Source of the DNA: Candidatus Margulisiibacteriota bacterium
GTDB lineage: Bacteria > Margulisbacteria > WOR-1 > O2-12-FULL-45-9
Direction: 5' to 3'
Assembly (NCBI GenBank): GCA_034723395.1
Contig: JAYEOW010000042.1
Location: forward strand, 1 to 29,607
DNA: 29,607 bases
Both the position numbers and the translations under genes were made by a program. Under the pieces are notes generated by a model. It did no database searches. It was not told where the DNA came from and saw only the letters and a program-made list of their open reading frames with translations. Shown here one piece after another: positions 26,890-29,607 of the stretch. Numbering within the stretch: the first letter of the stretch is position 1; each line of letters begins with the position of its first letter.

Positions 26890-28030
26890 GTTCAAAGTCT
26901 CTACAAATCTAAGATACGGTGTTTCAGAGAGTGAAAAGGTCGGGGAAGAGATAAGGGCGCTCGGTTTTTCGAAGCCGGGAGTAATTATCGATCAGGGAGT
27001 TTTTGAGCATCTGCAGACTAATAAAGTTTTAGAGAGCATAAAAAATGCAGATTTAAGCTTTGAAGTGTTTAAAAATGACGCGGTTGAGCCCGATTATGAT
27101 CATTTAGATGAATTTAAAAAGAATTTTTCCGGTAAGGAATTTGACTGCCTGGTCGGCGTTGGCGGCGGCAGTGTGCTCGACCTTACAAAGGCGATGGCGA
27201 CCCTTATAACAAATCCAGGGCCGGCACTTGACTACAAAGGTTTTCCCGATCTTAAAAATCGCCCATTGCCGGTGATCGCGATCCCGACAACCGCAGGGAC
27301 AGGGAGTGAAGTTACTTATAACGCGGTGTTTACTGATAGCAGTATAAAAAAGAAGTTGGGGATAAATTCAGAATTGAATTATCCGGTACTGGCAATTATC
27401 GATCCACTCTTTACCGTGAATTGCCCAAAATCGGTAACCGTTTCTTCGGGTTGTGACGCTCTGGTCCATACATTAGAGAGTTATGTCCATAGAAATAATA
27501 CGCCATTGTCGAGGATGCTATCGAAAGAGGCCTTTAGCTTATTGTTTAACAGTTTGAATAAAGTGTTGGATAATCCTGAAAATGTTGAAATCAGAGGGAA
27601 AATTGCTTTGGGGGCCTATCTTGCCGGAAAAGCGCTGGTTAATGCCGGATCCGGCCCTTCGGGAGCCTTTTCTTATCCATTAGGTGCGGTATACAAGGTT
27701 CCTCACGGTTATGCCGGAGCAATATTTATCCCGCATATCACCCGGATCAATGTTGAAAAAGGATATCTGGATTATGCCGATCTTTACGATCTTATCGAAG
27801 GGGTTGATAAGAATATTCCCCACGAAGAAAAGAACAAACAGTTTGCGGAAAAAATAAAGGACCTGATGGAAAAGTTGGGTGTTCCAAAGAGCCTGAGCGA
27901 ATATAAGTTAGGAGCGGAAGATATCGAGTTCATGATCGAGCAAACTGATGTCTTGAAAGCAGCGATCGACCAGAACCCGATCGAGATTACCAAAGAGGAT
28001 GTCCGTCAGATGATGAACCAATTAGCATAA
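26879..28030 (+). CDS. Iron-containing (type III) alcohol dehydrogenase; KdnB-like by context
   Basis: [41 protein letters not shown]. Confidence 0.85.
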   Translation: MSFKFKVSTNLRYGVSESEKVGEEIRALGFSKPGVIIDQGVFEHLQTNKVLESIKNADLSFEVFKNDAVEPDYDHLDEFKKNFSGKEFDCLVGVGGGSVLDLTKAMATLITNPGPALDYKGFPDLKNRPLPVIAIPTTAGTGSEVTYNAVFTDSSIKKKLGINSELNYPVLAIIDPLFTVNCPKSVTVSSGCDALVHTLESYVHRNNTPLSRMLSKEAFSLLFNSLNKVLDNPENVEIRGKIALGAYLAGKALVNAGSGPSGAFSYPLGAVYKVPHGYAGAIFIPHITRINVEKGYLDYADLYDLIEGVDKNIPHEEKNKQFAEKIKDLMEKLGVPKSLSEYKLGAEDIEFMIEQTDVLKAAIDQNPIEITKEDVRQMMNQLA

Positions 28031-28042
28031 GGAGGAATAAAT

Positions 28043-29197
28043 ATGCCAGGATTTGAATTGATCGGTGAAGAAGAAAAAAAATCGGTAATGGATATATTTG
28101 ATAAAGGGGGGGTCTTGTACCGTTATGGGCTAAATGCTAAACGGCAAGATATTTTTCGGGTAGATGATTTCGAAAAGAAAATAGCCGAAAAAGTCGGCGC
28201 AAAGCATGCGCTATTCGTTTGTAATGGAACTGCAGCTTTGAAAGTTGCTTTGGTTGCTTTAGGCGTTAAAGCTGGAGACGAAGTTATTACCCAGAGTTTT
28301 ACATTTATTGCTACCGTTGAGGCGATATTAGAATTAGGTGCGATCCCGGTGATTACTGAAATTGACGCTTCATTGAATATGGATCCAGCTGACCTGGAAA
28401 AGAAAATAACGAATAAGACCAAAGTGATCATTCCCGTACACATGGGGGGTGTTCCTGCCAAGATGGATGAGATTATGGCGATTGCCAAAAAGCATGATCT
28501 TAAAGTGTTAGAAGATAGCTGTCAGGCTTTAGGTGCTACCTATAAAGGCAAACCATTGGGAACAATTGGTGATATTGGGGCATATAGTACCGATGTTGGG
28601 AAGATTATTACCACGGGGGAAGGCGGAGTAATGGTTACAAACGATCCTGCACTATACCAAAAAGCGCGTGAATATTCTGACCACGGCCATGAGTGTAATC
28701 CGGATGTTCCTCGCGGAGAAGATACCCGTTCAATTTGGGGTTTTAATTACAAAGTTACCGAAATGCAGGGAGCAGTCGGTTTGGCCCAGTTAAAGAAACT
28801 GGATCATATATTAGATAAACAACGCGCGAACAAGAAGAGGATGAAAGATGGGATATCTGGAATAAAAGGGATCGAATTTAGAGAGCTTCCGGATGCTGCC
28901 GGAGATGCTGGTGATGTATTGATATTCTTTGTGGAATCAAAACAAAAAGCGCTCGATCTTGCGGGTGCCCTGAAAGCGGACGGAGTGGGGACCAAGAATT
29001 TGCCGGACGCGATCGATTGGCATTACGCGGGGACCTGGACCCAGATCTTTGGGGAAGACCATCTCGAAAGTAGATGGTCGCAATCGACTGACCATTTAAG
29101 AAGAGCAATCGCATTACCGGTAATGGTTAATATGGCAGATGAACAGATCGACAAAGTTGTCAATGCGGTAAAAGGAGCGGCAGAAAAAATACTATGA
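28043..29197 (+). CDS. PLP aminotransferase resembling Kdo8N transaminase KdnA
   Basis: N-terminus MPGFELIGEEEK, RY, GTAAL, EDSCQALG..YKG..LGTIGD, K.ITTGEGG, SDHGH, RG, FRE.PD..GD, WHY...W. This matches my recollection of Shewanella KdnA. SD AAGGAGG. Confidence 0.85.
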   Translation: MPGFELIGEEEKKSVMDIFDKGGVLYRYGLNAKRQDIFRVDDFEKKIAEKVGAKHALFVCNGTAALKVALVALGVKAGDEVITQSFTFIATVEAILELGAIPVITEIDASLNMDPADLEKKITNKTKVIIPVHMGGVPAKMDEIMAIAKKHDLKVLEDSCQALGATYKGKPLGTIGDIGAYSTDVGKIITTGEGGVMVTNDPALYQKAREYSDHGHECNPDVPRGEDTRSIWGFNYKVTEMQGAVGLAQLKKLDHILDKQRANKKRMKDGISGIKGIEFRELPDAAGDAGDVLIFFVESKQKALDLAGALKADGVGTKNLPDAIDWHYAGTWTQIFGEDHLESRWSQSTDHLRRAIALPVMVNMADEQIDKVVNAVKGAAEKIL

Positions 29198-29607
29198 TAT
29201 TAGGGATAATCCCGGCAAGAGGCGGGAGTAAAGGGATCCCCCGGAAAAATATTAAGATGATCGCGGGCAAACCGCTGATCGTCTGGACGATCGAAGCGGC
29301 CAAGAGGTCCAAATTAATGGATCGCTTTGTGGTATCGACCGAAGATCCGGAGATCGCCAAAATAGCCAGAGAACACGGGGCCGAAGTCGTTATCAGGCCG
29401 GCAGAGCTGGCCACCGATGAGGCAACCACGATTTCCGCGCTGCAGCATGTTCTTTCGCAGATCGACGCGAAAACGGTTGTGCTGCTACAGCCAACTTCTC
29501 CGGTAAGGGAAAAAGGTTTAATCGATCGGTGTATCGAAAGGTTTAATGAGACAAAGGTAGATAATCTTGCTACCGGTTTCATTTGTAAATTTATGGAGTA
29601 TGGTTCC
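29194..29607 (+). CDS. Acylneuraminate cytidylyltransferase (NeuA-type CMP-ulosonate synthetase), 3'-truncated; absent from the ORF track
   Basis: Translated by hand from the ATGA overlap: MILGIIPARGGSKGIPRKNIKMIAGKPLIVWTIEAA...VVSTED...RPAELATD...LLQPTSPVR. Confidence 0.92.
   Translation, partial: MILGIIPARGGSKGIPRKNIKMIAGKPLIVWTIEAAKRSKLMDRFVVSTEDPEIAKIAREHGAEVVIRPAELATDEATTISALQHVLSQIDAKTVVLLQPTSPVREKGLIDRCIERFNETKVDNLATGFICKFMEYGS

Noticed and set aside
497..29114. Numerous 60-150 aa antisense or out-of-frame ORFs in the track
   Set aside because: They overlap longer motif-supported CDS, and I recognise no family motifs in them.
29160..29582. 140-aa minus-strand ORF
   Set aside because: It is the antisense shadow of the NeuA-type gene on the + strand.

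Overview
A gene-dense bacterial surface-glycan locus of about 26 CDS, nearly all on the + strand. I see no rRNA, tRNA, CRISPR array, integrase or transposase. Left arm (1-17748): an RfbV/WbaV-like glycosyltransferase fragment; a membrane protein + GT-C pair; a polyprenol-phosphate GT2; rfbF-rfbG-rfbH (CDP-3,6-dideoxyhexose core); a NeuB-SAF-cupin fusion with a HAD phosphatase; a YerE-like TPP enzyme plus an SDR (branched-chain sugar); FkbM and C-methyltransferases; a Gmm-like Nudix; a radical SAM enzyme; a GtrA flippase; and a TM-fused GT2. A second, inverted paralogous membrane protein + GT-C pair lies at 17675-20156. Right arm: a small Xis/BldC-like HTH gene behind a TTGACA promoter with 10-bp-phased direct repeats, followed by OPX/SLBB export, Wzz-like, ugd, WlbA/B/C-like, KdnB/KdnA-like and a truncated NeuA-type CMP synthetase. 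Main points of interest: the duplicated partner + GT-C module, the candidate HTH operator, the KdnAB + NeuA pairing, heptamer and REP-like repeats inside genes, near-leaderless promoters and CGATCG enrichment. All family calls come from motifs recognised by eye; no searches were run.
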